From Camelus ferus (taxonomy: Eukaryota): DNA of 64,000 nucleotides. The position numbers and the translations under genes were made by a program. Positions 12,513 to 24,780 of the stretch are shown in pieces. A model generated the notes under the pieces. That model had not been told where the DNA came from and searched no databases. It saw only the letters and a list, made by a program, of their open reading frames with translations. Position 1 is the stretch's first letter. Every line of letters begins with the position of its first letter. The DNA is taken from the NCBI RefSeq assembly GCF_009834535.1, contig NC_045696.1, forward strand, positions 8,248,001 to 8,312,000, in the 5' to 3' direction.

Positions 12513-13939
12513 GTTAGAATTAACTTTGTATCATTTTATCACTAAGATGATACAGTTTTTCTTCCCCATCTGTGGTTAAGTTTTTATAAAAATGGCAAAC
12601 TCTTAAAATGCATATCGTATTTTCTCCTAGGTAAGGCGAAGCTAATTTTTATTGACCATGTAATTTCAGTGTGGAAGTGAAAACAACAAAGCTTTGCTCG
12701 ATATTGAGGATAAGAACTGAGAAAATTATTATGCATCAGGGCAGACCATAGAATGGAAGATGAGGAGGACTGCTAGGGGAATTAGAGTATTAACAGACGG
12801 AAAGAAACGGAAGTTTTTGTACCGAGACACTGTCACTACAGACAGAATAGGATTAGAGAGCAGCAAATGAAACATATTTCTTATGCACCCACTGTGCGTA
12901 AGGCACCGCACGGATCACAGGAGAAGTGTGGTGGTAGCCAGTTCTTGTTTGGTTAATGCTGTGATAAAGCGTGGGTTCAATTCCGGGTCTTTTGTTACCC
13001 ACCGTCATCATTCGTATTACTCTTTCTAAAGTAATGACTTGCCTATCAAGTTTATGCTATGAAAACTCCAAATACAGTATTAAAAGTAGTACCCAGAGGG
13101 CTGGTTTCTTCCCCCTTTCTTTTGAAGCAGCAGAGAAACAGTTTTCTAGGCATTGAAGAAATGGTTAGAGATTTACTGACTGTATAATAGTTTTAATATG
13201 AGTTCTAGTGGAAATAGAAACTTGGTCAAGGAGTTACTGCTCTATCCTATAGGCAGAGAAATAATGTTGTTTCTCAAAATGAAATAGAAAAGTGAAAACT
13301 GGGTCTTGCTGGCCCCTTAGAAAGAGAGCTTTGAGATTAGCCTCGTGTTATTGAAATAACTTTCGTATTGACCGTGAAATGCTGATTTATTAAATAATTT
13401 GAACAAAACTTACACTTTAGTTATTTTTTGCATTTAAAAAATAAATACAAGAAGAAATTTAAAACAGGAAATCCCTCCTTACCCTACTATCCCAAAGAAC
13501 TTTGTTAATTTTTACATATCCATTTTCAGTTGCTTATGATTACAATTACTAATACTCAGAGAGTTTTGAATTCTGACTTTTAAAAACTTGATCTTGGAAA
13601 CATCTGTTTGCACAGGGCCTGTACTTTGCACAGTGGCCGTGACTTCCCAGCCGTCCTGCTGGTGTCTTCACTCCCTGATTCTGCCGGTTGGTTTGCTTAG
13701 TGGGAGTGGGAGCTGAGGCAGTGGGTGTCTTGTCCCCTGCCTTGGAATTGTAGCTTTTCAAGGGCTGAATGATGCTCTCATTGAGTTGGACTTGAAGAAT
13801 AGATTTCTTTTTTTTGGGTGTGAATTAGGTAAAATTGTTTACACGTGCCTTGATTGCTGACCGGCAAGAAGGTGAGCTGAGAAGGAACGGTCTGAATTAT
13901 ACCCCAAATCTCAGGCTGATTTTTTCTTTTTTTATGTAG

Positions 13940-14021
13940 ATACCCTTGTTAAATATCTTCCATCGACAGATAAGCAGATGAACAAAAAGATTTCCATTTT
14001 AAAGGATCATGACTTTATAGA
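13940..14021 (+). CDS. SETD4: SETD4 coding exon (DTLVKYLPSTDKQMNKKISILKDHDFIE)
   Basis: gtag| and |gtaagt; in frame. Confidence 0.95.
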
Positions 14022-14773
14022 GTAAGTGCTTCTCACTCTAAGGAATTTTGATGAAAAAAATGGAGGGTTAGGGTTTCCTTACATAGATGTGAGCTACCTC
14101 CTGACCCATATCAGGTGACAGGTAGCTGTTTATTGAGGACTTATGTGCAGTCCATTGTGATGGTTGTTATGGGGCACACGAGGAGTGTGAGATGCCTGTC
14201 AGGACACTTTTTTGGGGACATAAGATATACGCTTGAAATATTAAATTATGGTTCCAGCAGAGCCCCGTCTGGATTGATAGGTGTGTGTGGCGTTGGGCTA
14301 CTGCAGCTCAGGTTGGCTGTCGGTCACCCAGCAATGGGCTCTTGGGGTGGGGGTGCCTGGGCGATTCTGCGCCAAATGCAATAAATGGGATTTGAGACCC
14401 TTCCTTTCAAATTTTCTTCTAGAGATAAAATTATCTAAACAACACAGCAGGGGTGTGAGAGCCAGCTAGCATGGTGGCCACCGTTTGAGCCTCAGGATAA
14501 TCTAGATTCTTCATCATTCATCTCAGCCTGGTCCCCTTATCCAAGTTCAGCTTCTTACCCAATAAAAATAGTGTTTTCCTTTTTTTCTTAACACAAAGAA
14601 CCTTTTGTTACTCAGGCTTTATTCTTGAGTATTTGCAGACTTATTTTTCTCTCTTGTCTTTGTGACTAAGATGGTGGTAACGTTTAGTGGCCTTTTTAAA
14701 AAGTGTTTGGCTTTTTAGCCATTTGCCATGGTCTAAAGATGTACCAAGTGACAGATTCGTTTTCCTACTTTAG

Positions 14774-14854
14774 AAATTTGACGTTTGGCTGGGATGGACC
14801 GTCTTGGCGATTACTCACAGCTCTTAAGCTGTTATGTCTGGAAGCTGAAGAATT
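14774..14854 (+). CDS. SETD4: SETD4 coding exon (NLTFGWDGPSWRLLTALKLLCLEAEEF)
   Basis: ttag| and |gtaagt; in frame. Confidence 0.95.
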
Positions 14855-16433
14855 GTAAGTTCCGTGTGTGTTGGTCATGAACTATTTGGACATAACTTTG
14901 GCTTTTTTTGGCTTACATTCAAATGCCCAACTTCAGAGAAGAAAGGAATGCCATTGAATACTGGGGTTGCTTATTCTTGATGTAGCTTGCCCATCTTGTG
15001 TGTCTCTTCTGTTTCCACTGTTTTTGGAACTCTGATTTTAGTCATAATCAGAGTACATGGTCCTGAGAACTGGTCTGTACTCAGATATTTCCCCCTGGTG
15101 ACCTGCAGCTCGTCATTCAGGGTAAACACTTTGGAAAGTATGGGCATTGGCCGTGTGCAGAGGAGAGTCTCTTGAGTAGGTGGGTTTTTCCCGGGAACAA
15201 ACAGAGCTCCTGACCACAGGCACCACCCTGACCCCTGCTCAGGGAGAGGCCTGGAAGTTTCCATGGGGCTGGCAGGTGGAAGAGCCCCTGGTGGAGATGT
15301 GCATCCTGGTCAGGCTCCTTAGCATTCCCGAGAGGCTGTCGGTCCTCCCCTCAGCGTGGGAAGGACCATCAGCACATAGAGCTGAGCACTGCCCAGCCCT
15401 AGAGCTCCTGCAGCCTGGGTTCTGGTCAGGGAGTTGGGGGAATAATGCCTACGACTTAGTGAAAGCTCAGGGAGGACTTCCTGAAGGTGGTCGAACCCCA
15501 TCCTCCAGCTGTTGGGGAGATTAGATGTGATAATGCCTAGAAGTAGTTGGTGCCCATTCAGTCCTGCCTGTGACGTCACTGTTGATGACATTGCTTGCTT
15601 CCTTTTTTTGCAGGGACTCAGGGAGAAAAACTACTGCCCGGTCTCAGCACGAAAAATAGTTGTGTCTCTTCTCAGCAGGCGGTGTGTTTTTGTGTAACAG
15701 ACACTGTGGTTTCTGTATCTGATACGTTTCAGATCAGATTATTGCTCGCTAGAAAACTCAGAGGCAGATCTGTGGTCCATCCAAGTGTGCAGCATTTTAA
15801 GGCATGCAGTTTGTCACTGACTCTTTGCTGGCTGTACCTCATCTTTCCTGCTCTCATCTTCCCTTTGTCTTCTTTTCTCTCTCTGTTCATCTTACATTTT
15901 ATTTTATCTCATGTGTAGCCACGTCAGCTTCTTTAAATCCTTCTTGGGAAAAGGTATGAATCCTTTTCAGACACGTCAACCTCAAATTAAAACTACTGGA
16001 TGTTTGCCAGAGGTCCCCCCGAGGCCTCTTTTCTTCCCATTGAGTTGTTCCTGACTGTCTGGAGTGGTGTGGCAGGGAAAGCATGTGTTTGGGATTCTGC
16101 CTGATGGGTGTGTGATGCTGTTTCTCCCTCTCATTAGCTTTGTCACTTAGGGTGAGTTCTTCACTGTTGTGGATTCTCAGTTTCTTTGTGTCTACCGTGG
16201 GTATAACAGTGCTTTCTTTGTTAGGCAGTTGTGAAGATTAAAACAGATAGTGGTTGCACGTAGAACACTGTGCCCGGCACAGACTAATGTCTTTCCTTAC
16301 TTCTTTTCCTGAGAACCCCTCTGTTCTGGGGTTGCCACCATCGTCTCTAAAACTAAAGACTTCTAAGACTTGACTTCCTGTGTGGCTTGTCTGATGTTCT
16401 GAATTTCTTTTCTTTCTTTCTTTTTTTTTGTTT

Positions 16434-16555
16434 AAAGCCTACAGCACCTGGTATTCCCAGGTGGTCTCCCATCTGAGTACTCACCAGGCCATACCCTGCT
16501 TTTGCTTCCGAGATCAGATGAGACTGGGTAAATTCAGGGTGGTTTGGCCGTAGAC
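16434..16555 (-). pseudogene. Full-length retroposed 5S rRNA pseudogene with A-rich tail and 13-bp TSD
   Basis: Minus strand reads GTCTACGGCCAAACCACCCTGAA...GTGCTGTAGGCTTT; tail at 16408-16433; TSD tgttctgaatttc at 16395-16407 and 16556-16568. Confidence 0.95.
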
Positions 16556-17371
16556 TGTTCTGAATTTCCCTGTGACCTCTACTCGGATGGTGTGGCCAAC
16601 CCCTGGCCTTTCCCTCCTCAACCACTTCCGTGTCCAGATTCTCTGCATCCAGACTCTGTGCCTCCTCCCTGCCCGCCTCCCTGGTTGGTGCTTCTCCCCA
16701 GACTGTAGATTTGGCTTGGCTGCCTTCTGACTCGGCATCGCGCTGTGGCTCCCTCTTGCCTACCCCCAGATGCCTGCCCTCTTCTGCCTGCAGAGAATTG
16801 GCCCCCCCAGCCCACTGAACCCCATTTCCTACAGACTTTTTTAGTATAAAATTGGAATGACCTGCATGGAGAGAAAGGCTTCACTGTAGATCCCTCCTTC
16901 CATGTGCAGAGCATTTTACTTTGTGGAACATGTCCTGTTCAGTTTGCCATTTTTTGGGAAAGACTCGCTTGCAGAAAAGGAAAACTGCTGCCTTTGCTCT
17001 TTGGTCTTTAGTCCTTTGGCTGTGGACTCACCCCCTTGTCTGTCCCCTGTTCTAGTCCCGTGACCAGGGCATGTGACTCTGCTGACTTACGTGCCAGACA
17101 CAGGATTGTGATGCTGTCACTCAGTCCCTGCCAGGAGCACCAGGCCCTTCTCTTCTTATCCTCAGGGTTCCCTCTTCTTTCTTAAATACCTTGTCTGCTT
17201 CAACACAAGAACCACATGTGGTGGGAGCTTTGAGGAAATGTGCTGATGGAATGAGTTACTATGTTTCTGAAAAAAATAGGAGACGAGAATGTGCATTGTG
17301 TTGAAGTGGAAATGCCTTCTTTATTTTTTGAGAACCTGCTGAAATGATCTTACTGAATATTTTGATTCTAG

Positions 17372-17495
17372 TACATGCTGGAAAAAAGTACTTCTTGGGG
17401 AAATAATTTCAGATACAAATGAGAAGACAAGTTTGGACATAGCCCAGAAAATATGTCATTATTTCATAGAGGAGACTAATGCTGTGCTCCAAAAG
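17372..17495 (+). CDS. SETD4: SETD4 coding exon (TCWKKVLLGEIISDTNEKTSLDIAQKICHYFIEETNAVLQK)
   Basis: ctag| and |gtatgc; in frame. Confidence 0.95.
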
Positions 17496-17954
17496 GTATG
17501 CTTCTGGAATATTGCATTCTCTTCTTAAAGAGGTGTTTTGATTAAGAAGTTCTTTTGTGCTTGTTGGATAAGGATAGTCCACCTTATTAGGGTGCTGTTA
17601 ATGCCTTAATAAATGGATGTTGACATAATCTCTGTGTTTTTTTCATTTTAATTTTTTAAAAATGAAAAATTTTTTAATTGAAGTACCGTCAGTTACAATG
17701 TGTCGGTTTCTGGTGTACAGCACAATGTCCCAGTCATGCATATACATACATATATTTGAATCTCTGTGATTTTTGACTGTTAACATGTATCTATACCTTT
17801 TAATAGGTAAAGTTATTGCATGAATTCTTGGTAGTAAATTTTTAAGGCACTCTTTCCTTTTCATTTAGTGATTTGTTAATTAAATGAAGAATCAGCTTAT
17901 TTGAATGAAGACATTACTGGGATTAAAAACTAATTTTAATGAACTTTGCAGATA

Positions 17955-18282
17955 TTGTACTAAGTGAAATAAACCAGAGCACTAAAAGACAAATTTTGTA
18001 TGATTCTGCTTATATGAGATACCTGGAATAGGCAGATTTATAGGGGCTGAAAGTAGAAGAGAGGTTACCAGGGGCTTGGGGAAGGGGAAGTAGGGAGCTA
18101 TGTTCAGTGGGTACAGAGTTTCTGTTTGGGATGGTGAAAAAGTTCTGGGGATGGGATACTGGTGATGGTTATATAACGTTGTGAATGTCCTTAGTGCCAC
18201 TGAGTTGTCCATTTAAAAATGGTCAGAATGTTAAATTTCATGTTTATGTATATTTTACTACACTAAAAAAATAAAAATAATA
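17955..18282 (+). mobile_element. Old L1 (L1MB-like) 3' end, sense to SETD4, abutting the last acceptor
   Basis: gacaaattttgtatgattc...gggtacagagtttctgtttgggatggtgaaaaagttctg...A-rich tail. Confidence 0.8.
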
Positions 18283-18290
18283 ACTTCCAG

Positions 18291-18425
18291 GTTTCTCATA
18301 TGAAAGATGAAGAATCGGCTTTGATAAACCAATTAACTTTGGTAGAAACGCTGTGGACAGAAGAGCTGAAGATTCTCCAGGCCTCTGCTGAGATCCTAAG
18401 CAGTTTGCAAACAGCTTTTACGTAA
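18291..18425 (+). CDS. SETD4: SETD4 terminal coding exon (VSHMKDEESALINQLTLVETLWTEELKILQASAEILSSLQTAFT*)
   Basis: ccag| acceptor; TAA at 18423-18425. Confidence 0.95.
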   Translation, partial: VSHMKDEESALINQLTLVETLWTEELKILQASAEILSSLQTAFT

Positions 18426-18485
18426 CCTCACCCAGTTGCATCTGATCACCTCCTGTGCTGGGTGTGACTTCTTAAACATTTTTAA

Positions 18486-18540
18486 AATAAAGTTTATTTT
18501 ATATAGAATTATTTACAGTCAATGAAGAGTTTTTATTAAA
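18486..18540 (+). terminator. Candidate proximal poly(A) signals of SETD4 (AATAAA 18486-18491, ATTAAA 18535-18540)
   Basis: Canonical hexamers just after the stop, followed by T/GT-rich sequence. Confidence 0.55.
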
Positions 18541-19458
18541 CAATTATATACTTAATCCTATTCTGCTTTTTCTTTGTTTGCGGGGTGGCGTGCTGGCTGC
18601 TCGGGACGTTGGAGAGTACCTGCAGGTGAGGATGGGTGTGCTGTCCTGACGGCATTTCAGGTGCTCTCAGAGTAAACAGCCCTGGAGGAAGCAGTCTGAG
18701 GAAAGTATCAACTGTAACAGGAGAGGAGGCTGTGAGGGGCCAGGAGTTGGCCCGGGGCTCTGTGTGTGGTCTTCTGTTGGGTGTCCTGCTTCTCATCTGA
18801 CTCAGCAGCTGTAAAAGGGCAAGAAGTCGTGCTGTTTTATGCTCTGATGCTGCAGGTTTAGGGGTTGGGGCCTGTGGCGGTGGGTGGCTTTGGAAAGGGG
18901 AATGGGAGGGGCGCACCGAAGTCCTGGGTCCCAGCCGGGCTCCACCCCCAGCTGCTCTGAGCTAAAGCGGCTCACTTTGAAGTTTTCATCCTTGATTTTC
19001 CATCTGAAAATGAGATTGTGGGGCTGGAAAGGGGGTCCCTCGTGCTCTGACCCAGCAGAAGGGCTGAGGAGCCAGCACCTGCATCAGGCAGAGGCCCAAG
19101 TGGTGCTGCCCCTCCTGTTTTCTGCCTCACTGCTGTCAGGACCAGGGCTTAGATCATGAGAGGGACCGTCCAGTGCTGGCTGACAGATTTCTGTGCATGG
19201 AAAATTAGGCTGATGTCGTTAAACAGGAGACATGTGGAGCCTCTCCAGTCCTCCCGCATTGACAGTTTTCCAGAATGTGTTTAAATCTCTTGTCAGCCGA
19301 TGCCCCTTTACCATCTTTTTGTTGGGGGGCTGGAGGGGTGGATAGCTCTTATTCTGCTGCTTTTCTGTTATTTAAATGCGGGTATTAGGAGGAATAGGAG
19401 ATAATGTTTTGCTCAGTTGGTCATTTTGAGTTAAGAGTCTTTGCCTTTTTTTCCTAAT

Positions 19459-19464
19459 AATAAA
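19459..19464 (+). terminator. Candidate distal poly(A) signal of SETD4
   Basis: AATAAA with downstream GT/T-rich tract (ggtttttat), before the LTR. Confidence 0.5.
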
Positions 19465-19698
19465 TGTACTTCAGTCTGTCAACTTGACTCTGAGTATGGT
19501 TTTTATATAAAATGTGCTCTAATTAGTACTTTTTAGATCTTGGCTCTGGATTTATACTTTTCACAGTGTTCTCATGCCTGCCAATTAACTGTGAAGGGTC
19601 AGAGCATGTGTTACCATACATCACAGAAACAAATACGTGCTTAATATAGAAGCTGGACATTGTCAAAACATGTGATAGTAACATTTATTAAATATTGG

Positions 19699-20335
19699 TG
19701 ACACCGAGCAGGACCCTGTGGGGTCTTCCCAGAACAAACAGCCCCACCCCCTGTCACTATGTCTTTTGCTTGCCTCTTGTCTGTAGAAAAACTTTAGCTT
19801 CCTAGGCCTTCCCCAAGTTCCAAAGAGTAAATTTAACCAGAGAAGTGAGAAAATGCAGGAACAAAAAGGAAAACAGCCAAGCAACACAAAATGATAGTTT
19901 AGCCAATAAACAAAGTCAAAGATTTTCCTTCCTCCTCAAGGGCTCTAGATAATATTCTGAGCCATGTCCTTTGAGCTGTTTTGCAGCTACTGAAACCCCC
20001 ACCAGGTGGAAGTTAACTGTATGCTGCCTACAAGCAGGTAGACCCCAGACTGGTTGGAACCAGAAGGCTGATGATGTTGACTCCTGATTATCTCACCACC
20101 AACCAGTCAGAAGAATGTTCATCAGCTCATCATGGAGCCCACAACCCCCATCCCTCACTCTGTCTTTAAAAACCATTCCCTGAAACCCATCAGGGAGCTG
20201 GGGCTGAGCACTAGCTACCCAGACTCCTTGTCTGGTGCCTGCAGTAAACACTGCACCTTCTTTCACCACAACCCGGTGTCAGCAGCTTGGCTTCACTGCG
20301 TGTAAGTGAGCAGACCAAAATTTGGTTCCATAACG
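19699..20335. mobile_element. ERV1-class solo LTR
   Basis: Starts TGACACCGAGCAGGACCCTGTGGGG and ends TTTGGTTCCATAAC; LTR-like internal motifs; ~640 bp. Confidence 0.75.
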
Positions 20336-20539
20336 TTAATATTAACTGAGTACAGCACTCTGCTCCAGCCTTGATGTGCAGTGTTTCATGGAAGCCTCAC
20401 AACTGCCCTGTTTTACAAATAAAGAGGTGAAGAAATGGCCCGAGATCACAAACTTAGGACGTGGTGGAGTGAAAATGCCCCTCCACCTGACTCGGAGGGA
20501 CACGGTTCACAGCTGTGGTGTGTTTGTGGCCAGAATTTC

Positions 20540-21220
20540 CCCTGCCGTCCTGACGCGAGCATACACCTGTTCCTCCAACCTCAGCTGGCGTCCGCCCGCG
20601 TGCAGAAGGCAGCTCCCCGCTTTCTCGCACCCCAGCATTGCTGGGCGTCGGCCGCTTGGCTGCAGGTTTCCCTGAGGGGACTGCAGACGGGTTGGCCTCG
20701 TTCTCCCTGCGGTGCGACGACGTAAGAGTCTCGATTAGAAACGTCGCTGGCCCGTCCCTCCTCCCGCGACCCGGGCAGGGGCCTGGTCCGCGCGCGGCCC
20801 CTCCCCGAGGATGGCGGGAGCGCGCAGGCGCTGTCGGCTGGTCCGGCGGACGAGGCTTCTACCCCGGAAGCGAGGGCCTCGTTCCTGCTCTGTGGACACA
20901 GCTCCTGGGCCCGCGTGCCTGCCCGGTGTGGACGCGCTGAGGTGGGTGTCGGAGGAGCCTTCGGGGATTCGGGGACACTCGGGGTTTCCAGGAGGACACG
21001 GTTCCCCTCAGCGAGCTCCTGGCCTGTGGCGTCCCTGAGGCAGGGCTTACCCAACTGCTAATTCGGGGAGAAGGACTGGCCCCCTGCTCAGCGCTTCCAT
21101 TTCGGCTCCTGGGGTCTCTCCTGGGTGGGCCTCTCCCCTGGGGGGCCCGGCCCCACCGGCACAGCTGTGCGTCTGCTGACGCCTGCTTGATTCTGGGGCT
21201 CCGAGTAGGGAGACCGACCC
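20540..21220. promoter_or_regulatory. Orphan CpG island with promoter-like motifs
   Basis: High GC and CpG density; YY1-like GATGGCGG 20810-20817, NRF1-like GCGCAGGCGC 20822-20831, ETS CCGGAAG 20864-20870. Confidence 0.75.
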
Positions 21221-21698
21221 AAGGCCACGGGCATATTTGGACCTGGATCCTTACTTACTATAGAGTATATATATATATTTTATCCTTTTCAGAACCAGGG
21301 TGGGAATGGGGTGGGTATTGCCTCCTCAGCCCTTGACAGTCTTTGGCCTGGGGGACCCCTGGCCGGCCTGCGGGGCTGGGGAGAGCCTTGCAGAGAAACC
21401 AGGGCGCTCAGGTTGGGGAGCAACGGCCCCTCACTGTGCTAGGCTGCCCCAGCCCCACGGGTCTGTTGCCCAGAGCCCTCCTGCTTTCCCTGCCAGGTTT
21501 CCATCCTTCCCCAGAACGCGAATTAATTCCTCTCCTGGGGCAGCAAAAACAAGTGAACGGGCCCGCTCACCTCAGGAGTCAGAGTTAGAAATAAAACATC
21601 TTCATTATTATAGCTTGAACATCTTTCCCTGTTCATATATGTAGTTGGTGTTGACTTTATTTTTAAGTAGCCGCAGTGTATTTCATGATATGCTATAC

Positions 21699-21882
21699 CA
21701 GGAGTCCACCAACTTTTTCTATAAAGGGACAAATAGTAAATATTTTAAGCTTTCCGTGCTATACAGTCTTGGTCCCAGCTGCACGGTACAGCAGCCGTAG
21801 ACAATATGCAGGCGTGTTTGGCTGTGTTCCAGTAAGACTTGATTCACCAAGACAGGTCACTGGCCATAGTATGCTGACCTTG
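21699..21882. mobile_element. MER58A-like DNA transposon
   Basis: caggagtccaccaactttttctataaagggacaaatagtaaatattttaagc. Confidence 0.75.
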
Positions 21883-21957
21883 TGCTGCAACATCGTTTAT
21901 TTTTTTCTGTCCCCTATTGGTGGGCATTTAGGACCTAAATATGCACATATTTCAAAT

Positions 21958-22688
21958 TTTTAAAAATGAAGTCTAGTCGATTTATAATGTGTTATTTTCT
22001 GGTGCACAGCGTAGTGATTCATTTATACATATATATATTCCTTTTCATATTCTTTTTCATTATAGGCCATTACAAGTTGGCCTTGTATATAGTTCCCTGT
22101 GCTATAGAGTGGAATGTTGCTGTTTATCTATTTTATATATATTGGTTAGTATCTGCAAATCCTGAACTTCTAATTTATCCCTCCCCACCTCCTCTCCCCC
22201 ATGGTAACCATGAGTTTGTTTTCTATGTTTGTAAATCTGTCTCTGTTTTGTAAATATGTTCATTTATGTCCTTTTTTTTTTTTTTTAGATTTCACATATA
22301 AGTGATATGGTATTTTTCCTTCTCTGTCTGGCTTACTTCACTTAGTGTGACAATCTCCGGGTCCATCCATGTTGCTGCAAAGGTGTTATTTTAGCTTTCT
22401 TATGGCTGAGTAGTATTCCATTGTATAATTATAGTGCAGCTTCTTTATCCAGTCATCTGTCAATGGACATTTAGGTTGTTTCCATGTCTTGGCTATTGTA
22501 AATAGTGCCGCTATGAACATTAGGTTTTGGAATAGAGTTTTCTCCAGATATATGCCTAGGAGTGGGATTGCTGGATCATAGGGTAAGTCTATTTTTAGTT
22601 TCTTGAGGAATCTCCTTACTGTTTTCAATAATGCCTGCACCAAACTACATTCCCAGCAACAGTGTAGGAAGGTTCCCTTTTCTACAAC
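21958..22688 (-). mobile_element. Young 5'-truncated L1 (3' UTR plus ORF2 C-terminus)
   Basis: ORF 22386..22643 [17 protein letters not shown]...MFIAALFTIAKTWKQPKCP. Confidence 0.92.
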
Positions 22689-24039
22689 CTAAACATGTTA
22701 ATTTCTACTTGATGGTGATTTACACCTTTCCAAAGTAAAGCCCTGCCTTAACACGAAAAACTTCGCAGACCCACGTGGTAATCGTTGTACTTCAGTCATC
22801 TGGGATTAGAAAAAGTGGTCAGTGTCAGAAAGGAACTACTCAAGATGAGAAGCGTTTCATCATCCACAACCGATCCAGGCTTATTTGAAAACAGTGGTGT
22901 AAGACTTTCAGTTTGCAGGCAGTGCTTGGTGTATGTATGCATTCAGACTCTTTGCAAGAAACGTGTGGGTTGACAAGCTGGCCCTCAGGGTAAACCCCAG
23001 TCAGGCCACACACCACCTCCCTTGGCCTGTCTTGCGCACGATTGCGAGGGCCAGCAGCCCGTGTCCGCCCACGCAGCGGGGCAGCCTGCGAGGCCTTTTA
23101 CCAGCAGGACTGCTTGCTCCCCTCTCTGACCCACCGCCCCGCCCCCATTGCCATTTTTCTCCTTCTTCCTGTGTTTTGGTTTCTCTTTACGAGGCCTTGG
23201 GCTTGTCTGAGACTCCTAACACATCCACCTTGCTGGTATCTGCTTCCGGAGTTTCTGGGTGGTAAACCTCCAGCTGCTGAGTTGGCCTGAGGGGACAGAC
23301 AGCAAGAAGTTAGGGATAATTTGAGGCATTCCTCGAATCTTTCAAGCTAAAAATAGAGGAGGCCGTCCTCAGACGGGGGCACTTTAAGTGCCTCTGCCTG
23401 AAGGTGGAGACTGATAATAACCTTTTAGAAAAGCAGAGCTGTACTTTTGTGAACATGGCTTTCACTGAAGCACCTGGACACCCTCTTAGAGGGGCCAGTG
23501 GGGGACAGAAATGGGGAATTTATTTTAGCTCCTCAGCTGGTCAACAGCAGCTACATTTTGGGTGATAGATTAGTGCTGGGCAGTAGAGTTTGTCCTGAGG
23601 AGAAAGAATAACAAACCTATTTTCATTTGTCGGCTGACATTTGAATGTGGAGCTTTGTTATGGATGTCGCCATGTTGGTTTACTTGGAAAAGAGCTTTGC
23701 TTTACAGATCCAGGAAGTCATGTGTGAATTAAAGGGAGCAGGAAGATTAGGAGGGAAGAAGCAGGCCTGATGTCCTTTGCTCCATCCCTGCCAGGTGCCG
23801 CAGACCCCAGTGTCATGGTACCACAGGCAACACTGCAGTGTCCCACGTACAACAGTGCCGTCTGCTCGCTCGGGGGCTCTTCCCTCCCGCCTTGCAGGGG
23901 GCACTTCTCTGTCTCTGTCATTCTGTTGTAACCTTTCCTTGAGGGGATATTTTCTTACTTAATTTTATTTTCTTCCATGTAGTTTTAACATTAGGCTATG
24001 AGTAAATTTCAAAACAATGCTCCCCAAAATAAAAAATTC

Positions 24040-24780
24040 AATACAAATGGAAGGTGACCACGTCAGCCCCACTAGGACAGCAGTAATAAAGGAGGTGGGT
24101 AGCACGAGGTGGCGTTGTGGACATGGTGAAATCGGACCCCTCATTCACTGCCAGTGGGAAAGTAAAACAGTGCAGCTGCTTTGGAAAACAGTTCGGCGGC
24201 CCCTCAAAAGGTTAATAAGCATAGAGTTATTTTGTGACCCAAGAATTCCCCTTTTAGATTCATTCTTGAGAGAACTGAAAACTTATGTCCACACAAAAAC
24301 GTGAACTTGAATCTTCGTAGCAGTGTTATTCATAACAGCCCCAAACCCAAATGTTCACCAGTGGATGAATGGATAAACGACGTGGGCTCCCCGTAAAATG
24401 GACTATTACTCAGCTGTAGACAGGGACGAAGTACTGACACGCAGCACAGGGGCGGACCTTAAAAACATTACACCAAATAAAAGAATATCGTCACCAAAGA
24501 CCACATAGAATTTTATTTACATGAAACGTTCAGAACAGGCAAATCTGTAGAGATGGAAGGTAGGTCAGTAGCTGCGGTGGGGTGGGGGCTAGAGGGATTG
24601 GGCCGAGATGGCCAAGGCGGAGGGGGTTTCTCTTGAGGGTGATGAAAATGTCCTCAAATGGATGGTGGTGATGGTTGCACAACTCTGTGAATATACTGAA
24701 ACCCATCGAATGAGACACTTTAAACGGGCAAATTGTATGGCATGTGAGTTGTATTTCAGTAAAGCTATTTTAAAAAAAAG
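24040..24780 (+). mobile_element. Old L1 (L1MB-like) 3' portion
   Basis: ORF2 C-terminal-like peptide (IELFCDPRIPLL...ELKTYVHTKT), 3' UTR, A tail. Confidence 0.85.

Larger units (their letters stand above)
3085..18425 (+). other. SETD4: SETD4 gene body (SET domain-containing lysine methyltransferase), 5'-partial, 9 coding exons
   Basis: Spliced exons (96+38+89+430+175+82+81+124+135 = 1250 nt) give one frame, VNESYKPEFIELKKWL...DLLNHSP...ICYGPHDN...LQTAFT*, matching mammalian SETD4 as I recall it. About 73 nt of N-terminal CDS lie upstream of the window. Confidence 0.97.

Noticed and set aside
12930..12990. tRNA-like B box (gggttcaattcc)
   Set aside because: Too short and degenerate for a cloverleaf; at most an ancient SINE remnant.
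20376..21054. ORFs up to 157 aa over the CpG island
   Set aside because: Expected from stop-codon depletion in GC-rich DNA; no recognisable domain.
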